From the NCBI RefSeq assembly GCF_000143415.4, contig NW_003314420.1:16456-80455 (forward strand): a stretch of DNA of 64,000 nucleotides, given 5' to 3'. Below, one piece after another: positions 38,443-50,489 of this stretch. This DNA comes from Selaginella moellendorffii. Lineage: Eukaryota > Plantae > Lycopodiophyta. The translations under genes were made by a program, and so were the position numbers. Under the pieces are notes generated by a model. The model was given only the letters and a program-made list of their open reading frames with translations, was not told the origin of the DNA and did not search any database. Each line of letters opens with the position of its first letter. The stretch's first letter is position 1.

Positions 38443-40480
38443 TCAGCATGGAAGCTCCATTGGAATTTCAGTGTGGGATGCATCTTTGGTCACCAAATAA
38501 AAACTACTTTTCTCATACACTTTCTGGCCAACCAAACAAACAGAGCGAACCTCTCCTTCACAAAGCTTTAAGGCGCAAAAATGCAGAAATGCGAGAGCTT
38601 TGAGGCTGATATCATTAGTAAACTTGTTGTTTATGAATGCAAGAATGCAATTCACACAGTTTGTGAATATTGTGTTCTCGGTTTCAGTAGTGTTGAAAGT
38701 ATCTCTGACAACCTTCTCCAATACAAGATGTACAATGCCGCTATCTCTATCTGTTGCGGCAGTAAGTAAAGACCTGTAATTGATAAAGGATTGATACCTT
38801 GACTCTGACAACTTTGTTACCATAAACGTAATTTTCCAGCCAGATTTCATGTTGCACACCATTTGAGAGACACAACGGATGATAAATTCTCGTATTTCAA
38901 CAGAGGCATATCTCTGCATGATGATGAAAATAGCCGCAGAGAGTCCATGGTATACATAGCAACTGAGAAATTGCTTGAACACCCAACAGTAACAAAATAG
39001 TCAGACAATGTAATCCACATCCTGCTCCAGACCAGCTTGATCCGATTCATATTGAAGTGCCTATACAACAAGCAAGTGAATACGTCACATCAAATCACTT
39101 ACACAATTCCTTCACTACTTAAGGCCTGACTTCGAATAAAAAAATTGTTAGCTTCGTTTGAATCAATTTGACCAAGCAAACTGAGATTTGAAAAGAGATT
39201 ACTCATTTTCTCTGCAGTGACTGCACCAGGTATTGGGCTCTGCCTACCACCAATACTGCCGTATGGTCCTCAACGTGCAGCTAGAGCAGCAAAATGCAAT
39301 CTTCCTTTTCATTTTGGAGCAGTTGATAGCTTAGTCTTTTCTGGATCGTTTGCAAAGAAAGTAGCATCATGGAGAGCCACCGATGAGATAGAGCTGATCA
39401 ATCGTTAAACGCCTGTAAGTACATGCTCCCATGCGTGCTGCAAATAATTTCCTTATTCATTTGCAATATTTGGCCAAGGTAAGCACCATATGTCATCACA
39501 CTAAATTTACCTTGATAGCATTCACGTTTTCTGCTTGATATCTACAAGAGAATGTAGCGATGTAAACTTTGTAAGAGAAGTCACAAAAGCATCCCACTGT
39601 ATTTGTCTGCACATCACTGCAGTGATATGTATCGCATGCCTGAACCATTCCAGGCATGGTGAAGTCAAAACCTCGTCATCACTCTTGTCTAGTGGGACAC
39701 TAAGCCCCGCAAGCATGGGTCCTCATGAAACTTCTACCATTGGCTTAAAAATTTCCGTCTGTCGCAGCATAGTATGTAGATCTGCTAGAAAATGACAATG
39801 ACAATAAGGAAACAGTGTTCTCAGCTTTTTCTTTGAGTTGATCTTGCATATAACAAATCGCATCTTCACTGGACTCAAACAGCTTCTCTTCTTTGGGCTT
39901 TCGGATAACTATGTTCATGATGTTGTCAATCACAGCAGAAAATTATTGTCCTTCCCCGCTGGTTTTGTGGCCGGAATAACATTATCCGCTTTCATTTTAA
40001 TTTCTTTGTTCACTATACGGTCATATACTCCTCCCATAAACTCTTCAGGAAGATCCTTTCCATCGTCAATGCCTCTGTTATTTTTTTATAAATGCAGCTT
40101 TAGACATCTGTAATAGCCCATGAGTGAAATCTTGGAAGGAAGTGGAAGCATTTGCTCACCTTATCTTTCACCATCACGTTGTGCACATCAGTGTTAAGAA
40201 TATTACAGAATATGGCAGAACATAGCTTTGGGATTACAGATGCAATATCGCTCTGCAAATTTTTCCATTATCCTATCTGTCTTCTGAGCCTCCAGGGAGA
40301 CTGAAGCCCATCAAGAATGTTCGTATCAACATGTCAAACTCCATATTATGACAGTTGAAGGAGTTAACATAGGCGTGCATTGAATGAAAACTCCTCTTTT
40401 TCACCCAGGTAATCCCCGATCAGGCCTTTGTCTAGATCTATGGTACTCAGGAGGAACTTGATGCCCAGTCCTTCATGCAT
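38443..40480 (-). pseudogene. BIG-type Sec7 ARF-GEF pseudogene fragment (Sec7 and HDS domains)
   Basis: Sec7 remnants (GLDKGLIGDYLG, EAQKTDRIMEKFAERY, LNTDVHN, GIDDGKDLPEE), FRHAIHITAVM...DAFVTSLTKFTSLHS, RIKLVWSRMW...AMYTMDSLR, EIREFIIRCVSQMV; many lesions; short introns. Confidence 0.85.
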
Positions 40481-42129
40481 CCTTGGTGTATAAGGTGGAA
40501 AAGGTACAGAAGAAATTCACATTCTAAAAAGGGAATATGTGTCCCCTAGATGCCAGATGCCAATAGGGGATTTAGTAAAGGGAGTGAGAAAAAGAGCATG
40601 CTTGGGGGGTTGAGACCTCAACACTCAGTTTCAGTAGCTTCCAATAAAAAGAACCTAAATAAATGAATCCCAGCCTTTCTGCCATCCCCAGAATAAGAAG
40701 GGAGCCTGCAATAGGAAAAACAGGCTGTAAAACATGCAAGCACCTCCAAAATCTCATTCATGGGCTCAGAAATAATAACAACTATTTTTTCCAGGAGTTT
40801 GACATTTTCCACTTTACTGTGAATTACCTGGACACAGTGTCATGAGTTTAAGTTTGATANNNNNNNNNNNNNNNNNNNNNNNNNNNNNNNNNNNNNNNNN
40901 NNNNNNNNNNNNNNNNNNNNNNNNNNNNNNNNNNNNNNNNNNNNNNNNNNNNNNNNNNNNNNNNNNNNNNNNNNNNNNNNNNNNNNNNNNNNNNNNNNNN
41001 NNNNNNNNNNNNNNNNNNNNNNNNNNNNNNNNNNNNNNNNNNNNNNNNNNNNNNNNNNNNNNNNNNNNNNNNNNNNNNNNNNNNNNNNNNNNNNNNNNNN
41101 NNNNNNNNNNNNNNNNNNNNNNNNNNNNNNNNNNNNNNNNNNNNNNNNNNNNNNNNNNNNNNNNNNNNNNNNNNNNNNNNNNNNNNNNNNNNNNNNNNNN
41201 NNNNNNNNNNNNNNNNNNNNNNNNNNNNNNNNNNNNNNNNNNNNNNNNNNNNNNNNNNNNNNNNNNNNNNNNNNNNNNNNNNNNNNNNNNNNNNNNNNNN
41301 NNNNNNNNNNNNNNNNNNNNNNNNNNNNNNNNNNNNNNNNNNNNNNNNNNNNNNNNNNNNNNNNNNNNNNNNNNNNNNNNNNNNNNNNNNNNNNNNNNNN
41401 NNNNNNNNNNNNNNNNNNNNNNNNNNNNNNNNNNNNNNNNNNNNNNNNNNNNNNNNNNNNNNNNNNNNNNNNNNNNNTTATGTATGGTGAATATAATTTA
41501 TAGTACATGGGATGTAAGAAGTATTATTCACAAATGATATGCTTAATAAAATTATGAAACACAAAAGAATGTACTTATATATTTATATTTTTTTATTAAT
41601 TAATATTATTATACATATATTAATTTTAAATATATAAGTTACTATTACCTATGAAACTCAATAATTTTACTAAGTAAGATGTTATGTATTTTAAAATTAG
41701 TACAAGAAAAAAATACCTTTATATTTTTATATTTATAATTTTATTAAACAATTTTAAATATATTACCATATACATAATATATTTAAGTTATTATCTAATT
41801 TGGTATATTTTGGATCTATGTTTATAAAAATATATTCATATTTATTATAATCTATATTTGTTTTCTGCTTTAGATTATGGCTTTGTTTAATAATTTAATT
41901 GTTTCGTAATTAAATAATTTAAATGAAAGTTTTTATAGTTTTATCTGTATATGATTGAAAATTCATTGGCTAGAGATAATATTCTAGAAAATTGTTACAA
42001 GTTTATATCTTTGTTAAAGCTTTTGAAGTCATAACTCCATAAGTTTTTACAATCTCAACTTCTACCATGATATCACCTATTTATAATCCTGATAAAGATT
42101 TTCATACTTATTCCTAACAAACTAGATAT

Positions 42130-42323
42130 TATAAGCAACTAAAGTGAACAACTCAAAAGACGATCCATAGGGTTCAAATATAAAGGGAAAAGACCAATGA
42201 ATAAAAGTGCACCCTCTTTTCCAATTGGTTAAGGGTTTTGGGATTCTTGGGGTTAAGCGTCCTTGGGTTTGAATAGTTTTAAGCTAGGTGACCTCCCAGG
42301 AAGTCCAAACTCAGGAGCTTACA
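42130..42323 (+). mobile_element. Solo LTR of the 5S-containing (Cassandra-like) TRIM
   Basis: Collinear with 54515-54707, ends gcttaca; 5S-like block at ~42252-42306; flanks gatat/ggcat differ by two transitions. Confidence 0.8.
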
Positions 42324-43765
42324 GGCATTTAATTGGGAGCTATTCTATTTAATTGATAAGTTAATTTAGACTACTGTCTTGAATATTTTAAATTATTATT
42401 TTTTATTAAATATTCCTCCTTATTCTAAGTTTTTCTTTCTCAAGTATTTTGTATTGTCATCATTTAAATTTTATAGATGTTATCTTCTATATAAAAATTT
42501 ACAAGATGTCTTACACACTCTTGATCTAAAAAATGTTCTGTATTATAGGTGTATTTATATTTATATTTTATTAATTATCTTCATAAATATTTTGTAAAGA
42601 TAATATATCTATTGTTCTCAGTAGAGTTATTTTTCTCACAAATGTGACATATAATTTTACTCTATTTATAAACCACTAACTTTTATTCTTTCAAATACTT
42701 AATTTACCATATTGAACTAAGAAGGTCTTTTCCTTATATTTAGATAGGGATTGACATAATACAAATGCAGATGAAATCTAGAGCAAGATTAAAGAATTTA
42801 TGTAAGCTATATGTTTTAACTATAGGAAATTAATTTATTCTGTCAATATTGAGACAAAATATGAAACTCATGTAAAGCTGCTGGTTGATTTAAGCAAGGT
42901 TATGAGCAAGAAGAATAATTAAAAATAAAAAAGCGTTTGCTATTTTTTTAGATAATATTATGAAATGGATTTGATATTTATATGTGTTTACCATATTAGA
43001 TACCATGTCATATATGAGTGATGAATGGATAGTTTTATCATAAAGCATTAGAATAGGCTTGTCTTAATACAAACATTATATCTCTAATGTCATTATTATC
43101 TTTGGATTTATCTCTTTTTAAACACCTCCAATGTAGTGTGAATGATATCTTCATTGCATATTAATATAAACGTTGTGTTGCAAAAAACTATTATAAATTT
43201 TTAGATTTTGTGAATTTATATTTTTTCAATATATCTAGAACCATTCTCCATTACCTACTTATGAGGTTTAATATAAATGTGGTAGCAAGCTAGATTGATT
43301 TACTTATGTATGTTTTAAAATAAAAAACTAGACACATAATAGAAATTCTATTATTCTTTAGTAAATTATGAATGTTAAAGGCATCATTACAGTTCAGATA
43401 AAAAACATTTAACTCAGTATGCAATTAAAATTTAAATTTCTCGAAACTAACCTATTATTTTTTGGTAGTCTATAATTCTTATATAAACTCAATTTCTTTA
43501 AAGCATGGCAGAAATCTTGTGGATGTGTTGAGGGTTGTGCACCTTTTTATAAAGGCAATAAAAACATCAAGTTCAAATTTAATGATGATATAAAATGAGC
43601 TTATCTTCCTCAACACTTGCATTATTATCTATTTGCATTATTGTGCATTTCTTTGGAGATGAATAGTAGAAAATTTTAGATATATTTAACTTTGTATACA
43701 ATCAAAATTTCTAACATTGTAAAATTAGAAAAGAAGATTTATTTTATCTTGGATATGCTATATCT

Positions 43766-43791
43766 CCCAGTGGAGCTGGGGTCTTTGCTAG
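43766..43791 (+). mobile_element. Helitron 3' terminus ending an AT-rich block (41478-43791)
   Basis: cccagtggagctggg-gtctttg-CTAG. Confidence 0.8.
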
Positions 43792-46700
43792 TCCTTCTAT
43801 ATTTAAAAGAGCAAGGACAACATATTCCAATCTCATTTCAGATATAATAAGGATGGTTGGGATAGTGACACATGTGAAAAAATGGGTATGTGTTGCATTT
43901 CACAAGTTTTAGGTTTTGTATATTTTATGGAAGCATGAGCAGCAAATTGAGGCTCACACTCAGACCAGCAGGAGATGAATTTTGGACGAGTGAACAAATT
44001 TCTGCGGTGGTGATGAGTGTGGTGGTGAAGCATTCCTGAACAACACCAATTTCGAGAATTTCGATATGCACTGCACAGTACAGTAATATGGAGCATGGAG
44101 CATGTTTCTGAATGTAGTCTGAAACTCTCAACCTCAATCTCCTGATGAAAGGTACTAAATTGTGTGTCACATTGCAGGAAATAAGCTTGCATACTTTCAG
44201 AAGGTTTGTTCAGGACTCTCCAAGAATGAACATTGTCTCTTGGTACTTCTCAATTTTCTCCACCACAGACTTATCAACATTATCGTTCTCTACAAGAACG
44301 AATTCTGCTTTCACCTGTAAGTTGTTTCTTTTGAGTTTTCAGCAAGCCAATAGGACTTTCTAATGTCTGTAGACATTTTGCAGCTCCTGAGAGAAGTTCG
44401 CTGTCTGGCCTCCTTTCACCACATATGCAAGTGTTTCCTTCAAAACTTGCGAGACAGGTACTCTCCCAACTTATGCAATTTGTCAGATGCAAGTGATGTT
44501 TCTAAAGAGTGACTCTGCATTTTCTAGCATCCACTTGAGCACTACCCCAGAACGAGCATCAGGGACCAATGCAACACCCGTTTTGTGTAAACCACTTCCA
44601 TTCCTTCTATTCCCTCGATTATCTTATATGCTCCTTAACCTTTTCTTTGCATCCCCAGGCAATTTGGAACTCTAAAGAAAATGATAGTCTAGAGCACATC
44701 GATGATTTAAGATATGCTTTAAGATGATTCCACGTCTTGACTCTCTACCTCTTATTTTAAAGACAAAGTACCTGGGCAACAACCAGACTTTTGTAGTCTT
44801 CAGACAATCTCTGCAAAGGTGGGCTGTTGATCCACTTTCTTATCCCAGGCAGCTTTGATGAGCTCACGCATACACTCAGTGCTTCTTTATGTGTGAGGTA
44901 TGTGTCTCTCTGGTTTGTGTTCATCATTTCATCACGCATATTTTTGTAGGGCACCTTTGGCACCTTTGAGTGGTTTCCAATTGAAATAAGCTCCCTGGAT
45001 CTTGGGAAGCATGTCAATCCTCCCTCTTGTCACATTGAAAGGCAAGCTATGTAAGTGAGTATCTAAATTGTTTTGGAAGATAAGTTCAACGGTAAATCCA
45101 ATTGCCAATTCTATATCTTCAAAGCTAAACTTGTCTGAAAATTGTATGTCTTTGAATCCAATGTCCTATTCCAGCTTGAGTTACAGCTTTTGATTTATTC
45201 TCTGATCAGAAAATCCTCAAACGTGCCGCACCAGTGCCAGAATTGTGATTATGAAAGCAATGAGTGCTCCAATTCAAGTGTCCTCCCGCGCTCACACAGC
45301 AACAGATCTAATGTTCATCACAATTCTTGGTTGGTTTATGCGCTCAATGACACTGACTAACAGACCATTTCGGTATTTCTTTTAGAAGATTCCAAACTGC
45401 AATAGAAGCATTGCTACTGTAAGAACAAAAATATTATATTCTCTTGTGTTTTAAAGTTGCTGCTTAGGTCATGGGAACAGCAGCACCTACAATTTTCAAA
45501 CTCAAAGTAGGAGCAAGTAACTAATTTTCCATTCTTGCCCTGTTTCTTCTTGTTTGTATTGCTTTTTAAAAGATTAAGCGAAACATTTTGTCAAGTATGC
45601 CTTGTAAGCCTGATTGGAAGCTTTGCTCAAGATGAAAAAGAAAACACTCTCTGGCACTGTCCAGCTTCCAGTGGAACTGTGGAAATGGATCAAGTTTCTC
45701 TATTCCTCATCTTATTGTGTCCCACTCATTGAATTGTGAGTGATTAGGAAGCTCTTTAAATTTATGATGACGAATTAAATATACAAAATATTAGAAATGC
45801 ACTACTTCACTTTGGTACTTTGGAATGATCCTGGTGAAAAACTTTGAGGCTTGCAAAAGTGAACAGTCAGAAGCAATCACATGTGGAAGCAATGTTTTAA
45901 AACTGATTACATGATCCTTGCATGTTTATGGTCTAGAAATCTACCCCTTGTCCCAGTTGTCCATTTTGATTCTCTGGAGGGTGAGAGCATGCAGGAGCTG
46001 GAAGACTACGCCGTTCAAAAGGCCGAGGAGACCACGGCTGCCACTTACAAAGCTCTCAATCTAATGAAGAGATCACTTCCGTCATTCATGAGCATCATCA
46101 GATCTCTCACACTCACAATACTGTTATAGACATTGATCATGAACTTTAGCTGAGTCAATGACACTTTCTATCTTGATTTCTCTTAGCCATTATTTTTGAA
46201 AGTTTCATTGGATTCCATGGTGAGAAACTGCTCGGCAGTCTTGGAGGCCTTTTTTCGAGGACCAGACTCATAACAGAACAGGACCAATACTTTCTCTAGG
46301 TGATTCATTCAAGAGAAAAGCCTATCATATGGCACAAAGAGCCACTTTGGGATTGAACTAGAGTAACTCCAGAGGTGTGACTTGTCACACAGCTTCCCTG
46401 CTGACTCATTGTTCATTGCCGGGTCACATCATCTCCAAAGCCTCACCTTCTGTCACCTTGTTTTTGGTGGCTATAACTTGGATATGTCCTCACTGCTCCT
46501 CTCGAGGCATGGCATAACAGCATTTTTCTGGACCCAACCTGTAGCGTTGCTGGTTCCAACAGAGAACTCTCTAGGATTAGATAATGTCTCCTAGGTTTCC
46601 AATCCTTCTCCCGCTGAGTAGCAGGCTTCCAGATTGAATGAGCAGTAAAACTTGTTTAGAACTTCCTCCCATTACTCAACCCTGAGATACTCTTTGATCC

Positions 46701-48030
46701 TGGGAGCTGCCGTGACCACATACTTCTTCCCCAAAGAAAAGAATGATGTGAAAGTAGGGCTTTGCAAAGGAACTCTACTGTGGAAGCATTGAGAGGATAA
46801 AAACCAGCACCTCATGGCTAAATCTGCATGGTATCATTAGATACCATGTTCTTCCCCACTGAGAACATGACCACATGGCAAGTGCTCGACCTCAAGCACG
46901 AACCTGCCATTTGAAACAGGTTCTTTAGCCCAGCATTCATGCTCCTAGCTGCATTCCTAGCTTTCTTACTGCTTAGATTCCTGGTCATGCTGTTGTCATT
47001 CATGCTTTTCTCTAACTGTCAAAAATATTTTCTACAGTAAGAACCTGATACTTTTGGCAGTATGTCACAGACCGATTGTGCTCCATAGAAGGTGCAAGTC
47101 CTCCATCCAGGCAAAACTTCCTTAAGGATCCAGGGCTATTGGAATTGTGTACTAGGTTTCTTTCTTTTCTTTGCCAAACTAGCCTCACCAAAAGCTCTAA
47201 AGCTATTTTTAATGTGAAGCCCAGCAAATGTCCAGATAAGGAAAGAGAGGTGATATAAGCATAAAGCTAAACTAGGCTTTTGAGTCCAGTCGTCATCTTG
47301 TACAGCCCTTGAGGCCACCTTCTTTAACTTTGCAGCGGAAGTGTTTTTGAGCCATGCTGTGCTAGAGTTTATTCTTCCAATCTTATCAACTTTCTCAAAA
47401 GTATTCATGGGACCCTCTAGCCTGGTGCATCTCTTACTTCGAGACCCCACCTTTTTTTTCAGAATTAGAGGTAAACTCACCAAAGGCTTGGAAGTGTCCA
47501 CTATTTCTTGTGGAGATTATTCATCAAATTCCACCCAAGGCTTCAAGGCTTTGCTTCAGTCAAAGCTAAGCTATGACAATCTAAAAACGTTAAATCTATT
47601 AACCACTTAAGTAACACAAGTTCAGGAAATAAATTAGAACTTAAAAAAACAAATATTAATTCACTGAATCATTAAAGTATATTTTTATTTCAGAAAACTA
47701 ATTTACATTTACAGATTTCTATATCTACTTCCTAGCAGAGATGGGATCCCTGGTTTATTTTTTCTGCTGGAATTCCTGCTATTCTTTTTTTCATTTATTT
47801 ATAAATAATTACAAATTAAAAGCAAATTAATTATTTATAAACTTGATTTCTCTTATAAAAGGCTTTGTGATTACTATTACTCTTATAGATTTTATAGAAG
47901 CTCATGATAAATCTTATAATATAAACCAATTTATTCTATATTGCACTATTATCTATAACTTTTCTATCCAAGTAAAGTGTTTTCAAAGACTTATTTTTAT
48001 CCAGGCCAGTGGAGCTGGATTCCTTGCTAG
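43792..48030 (+). mobile_element. Putative complete non-autonomous Helitron carrying gene fragments
   Basis: Begins TC...tctatatttaaaagagc immediately after a CTAG; ends ccagtggagctgg-attccttg-CTAG|T at 48030; extra degenerate ends near 47731-47755 and 48128-48151; interior has coding-like relics on both strands. Confidence 0.6.
45975..46300 (+). pseudogene. SNAP25-type (SNAP33-like) Qbc-SNARE gene fragment
   Basis: SMQELEDYAVQKAEETT followed by IDHEL and GEKLLGSLGGLFSRT, matching the plant SNAP25 N-terminal SNARE region; frameshifted. Confidence 0.78.
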
Positions 48031-48454
48031 TATTTCATTTATTTGTGTGTGTCTTTGAGACAGATTGACAAGACTGGATATTTCTTGAACATCTTTCTGT
48101 ACCAATATGAAGTGTAATTCTATTTAGTCTAGTGTAGCTATTCCTTGCTAGTAAACAATAAATTGAGAATAATTTAAAGAATATTCTTTACCCATGTGTA
48201 GTTACACCACAAAATGATGAGGAGTTGGTTTTTGATTATAGCCCTGTTCCTTCAATAGCAGAATCCATTTATAAGGTTAAGATTCTAGTGAATAAAGAGC
48301 CAGTTGACCAAGTACCACTTGAGATAGTTAATGTTAGGTGTCAGCTTTGACCATATGGTCAACATCAGTCAGAGAGAGGCTCAAGGATATATTAAGGCAT
48401 GTTAGGGTAAAGGACTTAACCTACCCTAGGGCTCATAGTGGAGCGGTAGCGTAG

Positions 48455-50329
48455 TGTAAGTGACTAATTTTTCCATTCTACTTTAGTCACTTAATCACAC
48501 CTCCAAGCATTTGGAAGAGTCTCACTCACAACCTCCATAAGTCCTATTTCAGACTTGGGCTTGCTAGCCCCGAGAATGGCATCCATGCCACTCATCTTTT
48601 GCACTTGTTCCAAGTGCTCCATATGTCTAGTCCCAAGACCGACACCCAAAGGTACCACTGACATATCTGCCCGTTTCACTAAGGCCATGCCCATTCACCT
48701 TTGCCGCACTGGTGGTCCAATACCACTTGTGTCACAATCCCGTCTCTCCAAGACTGGGCCGTCCGTCCACGAGTGGTTATCCCATATCCACTCCTTAGCA
48801 TCTTTGGAATGCCCACAGACATGGGGAATAGCCTTCCCCAACATCCCTTTGTCAGTTCCTACCAAGTCCCTTTTCTGTCCATGGCCATGTTCGCCAACAC
48901 TGCCACTAAATCAAAGCCCATAGGCCCAACCACTAAGTCCCATGGTCCTCTGGGACTTCCTCACCATGTGATTGTATCCTTAGTCACTACACTAGAGGAC
49001 TGTTCCTCCTCCCTTCCCCCATTTGAGACTCTGGGACCACCTTTCGGAATACCGTGGGCCTATGTGAGCCCCATGGGTACTCTCCCCACCTTCCACCTTT
49101 AGGTGCTCTAACCATGGGCTTAGAGCGAGGTTCCGTTGAGCCACACTAGGTATCCAAGTAGGTAGTGCCACCCACACTTGGACTGGGAGCATCGGCCAGT
49201 TGATCTCCCGGGGGAACTAGAGCTGGCTCTTGAACACTTCACCAAGTTACCCTGCTTGTCGGTCCGTATTCACTCTAGTCTTGGACTTCCTAGTGGTCAG
49301 TTCATCACACAACACTGGGTCTGGCCTTCCTGGGCCAAACTGGCCTTTCCTGGCCAAACTGGCTCCATTGTAGTCCTCCCCCTTACTATACTTTTGGAGC
49401 TCACCAAACCCCCCAGGGTTTGGGAGACGAACGCTTTGGGCTTTCACCCTCTCAGACTCAAACTCAGACTCAGACTCGGACTCGAACTTGGACTCGGACT
49501 CGGACTCAGACTTGGACTCGGACTCAGGCTCAGTCTCGGCCTTGGCCTTGGTCTCGGTCTCGGTCCCGGTCCCGGTCCCAGTCTCGGTCTCGGTCTCAGT
49601 CTCGGTCCCGGTCTAGGTCTCGACCTCAGACTCTATCTCGGGTCCTTCTCGGACTCCATCTTAGACTCCATCTTGGACTCCGTCTTGGTCCATCTCAGAC
49701 TCCATCTCGAGTCCATCTCGGGCTCCGTCTCAGTCCATCTTGGAGTCCATCTCGGGTCCATCTCGAACTCCGTCTCGGACTTCATCTCGGACTCCATCTC
49801 AGACTCCATCTCGGGTCCATCTCGGACTTCATCTCAGACTCCATCTCAGGTCCCATCTCGGGTCCATCTCGGACTCCATCTCAGACTCCATCTCGGGTCC
49901 ACCTCAGACTCCATCTTAGACTCCATCTTGGACTCCATCTCGGACTCCATCTCGGGTCCACCTCGGACTCCATCTCGGACTCCATCTCAGACTCCACCTC
50001 GGGTCCACCTCGGCCTCCATCTCGGACTCCATCTCGGGTCTATCTCGGACTTCATCTCGGACTCCATCTCAGGTCCCATCTCGGGTCCATCTCAGACACT
50101 TCCACATGTCATATGTTAGTCCTTTTTGGGTCTCTTTTTAGAGCCTCACTTATTGCTCGCTTCGTGCTCATTCCTCGAGCACTTTGTTGGGAGTTCCACT
50201 CCCGCTCTTGACTTATCAAGTCGGAGCTTTTAGTCCAAACGTGTTACGCTCGTTTAGCTTTCGCTTCGGCCACTACCACGTGGCACCCTTCCGACTCTAC
50301 TTTGGGGCCTAGGGATTTTGTGTCTCACA
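48455..50329 (-). mobile_element. Solo LTR of the LARD-like family
   Basis: tgtaagtgac...tctcaca; TSD cgtag/catag (one CpG transition); longest repeat array of the four copies. Confidence 0.9.
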
Positions 50330-50489
50330 CATAGTAGAGCTTTTGAGGTAGCTTGAGGGGGGGGGGGGGGTGATTGGGTGGTGAGGAACCTTAAAAGATT
50401 GGGTGGTGAGGAACCTTAAAAGAAGGTGTAGTGTAGTCTAGGAAGACTAGATCTTTGTCTTTTTGCCCCAGATCATAATATATGGGTCA

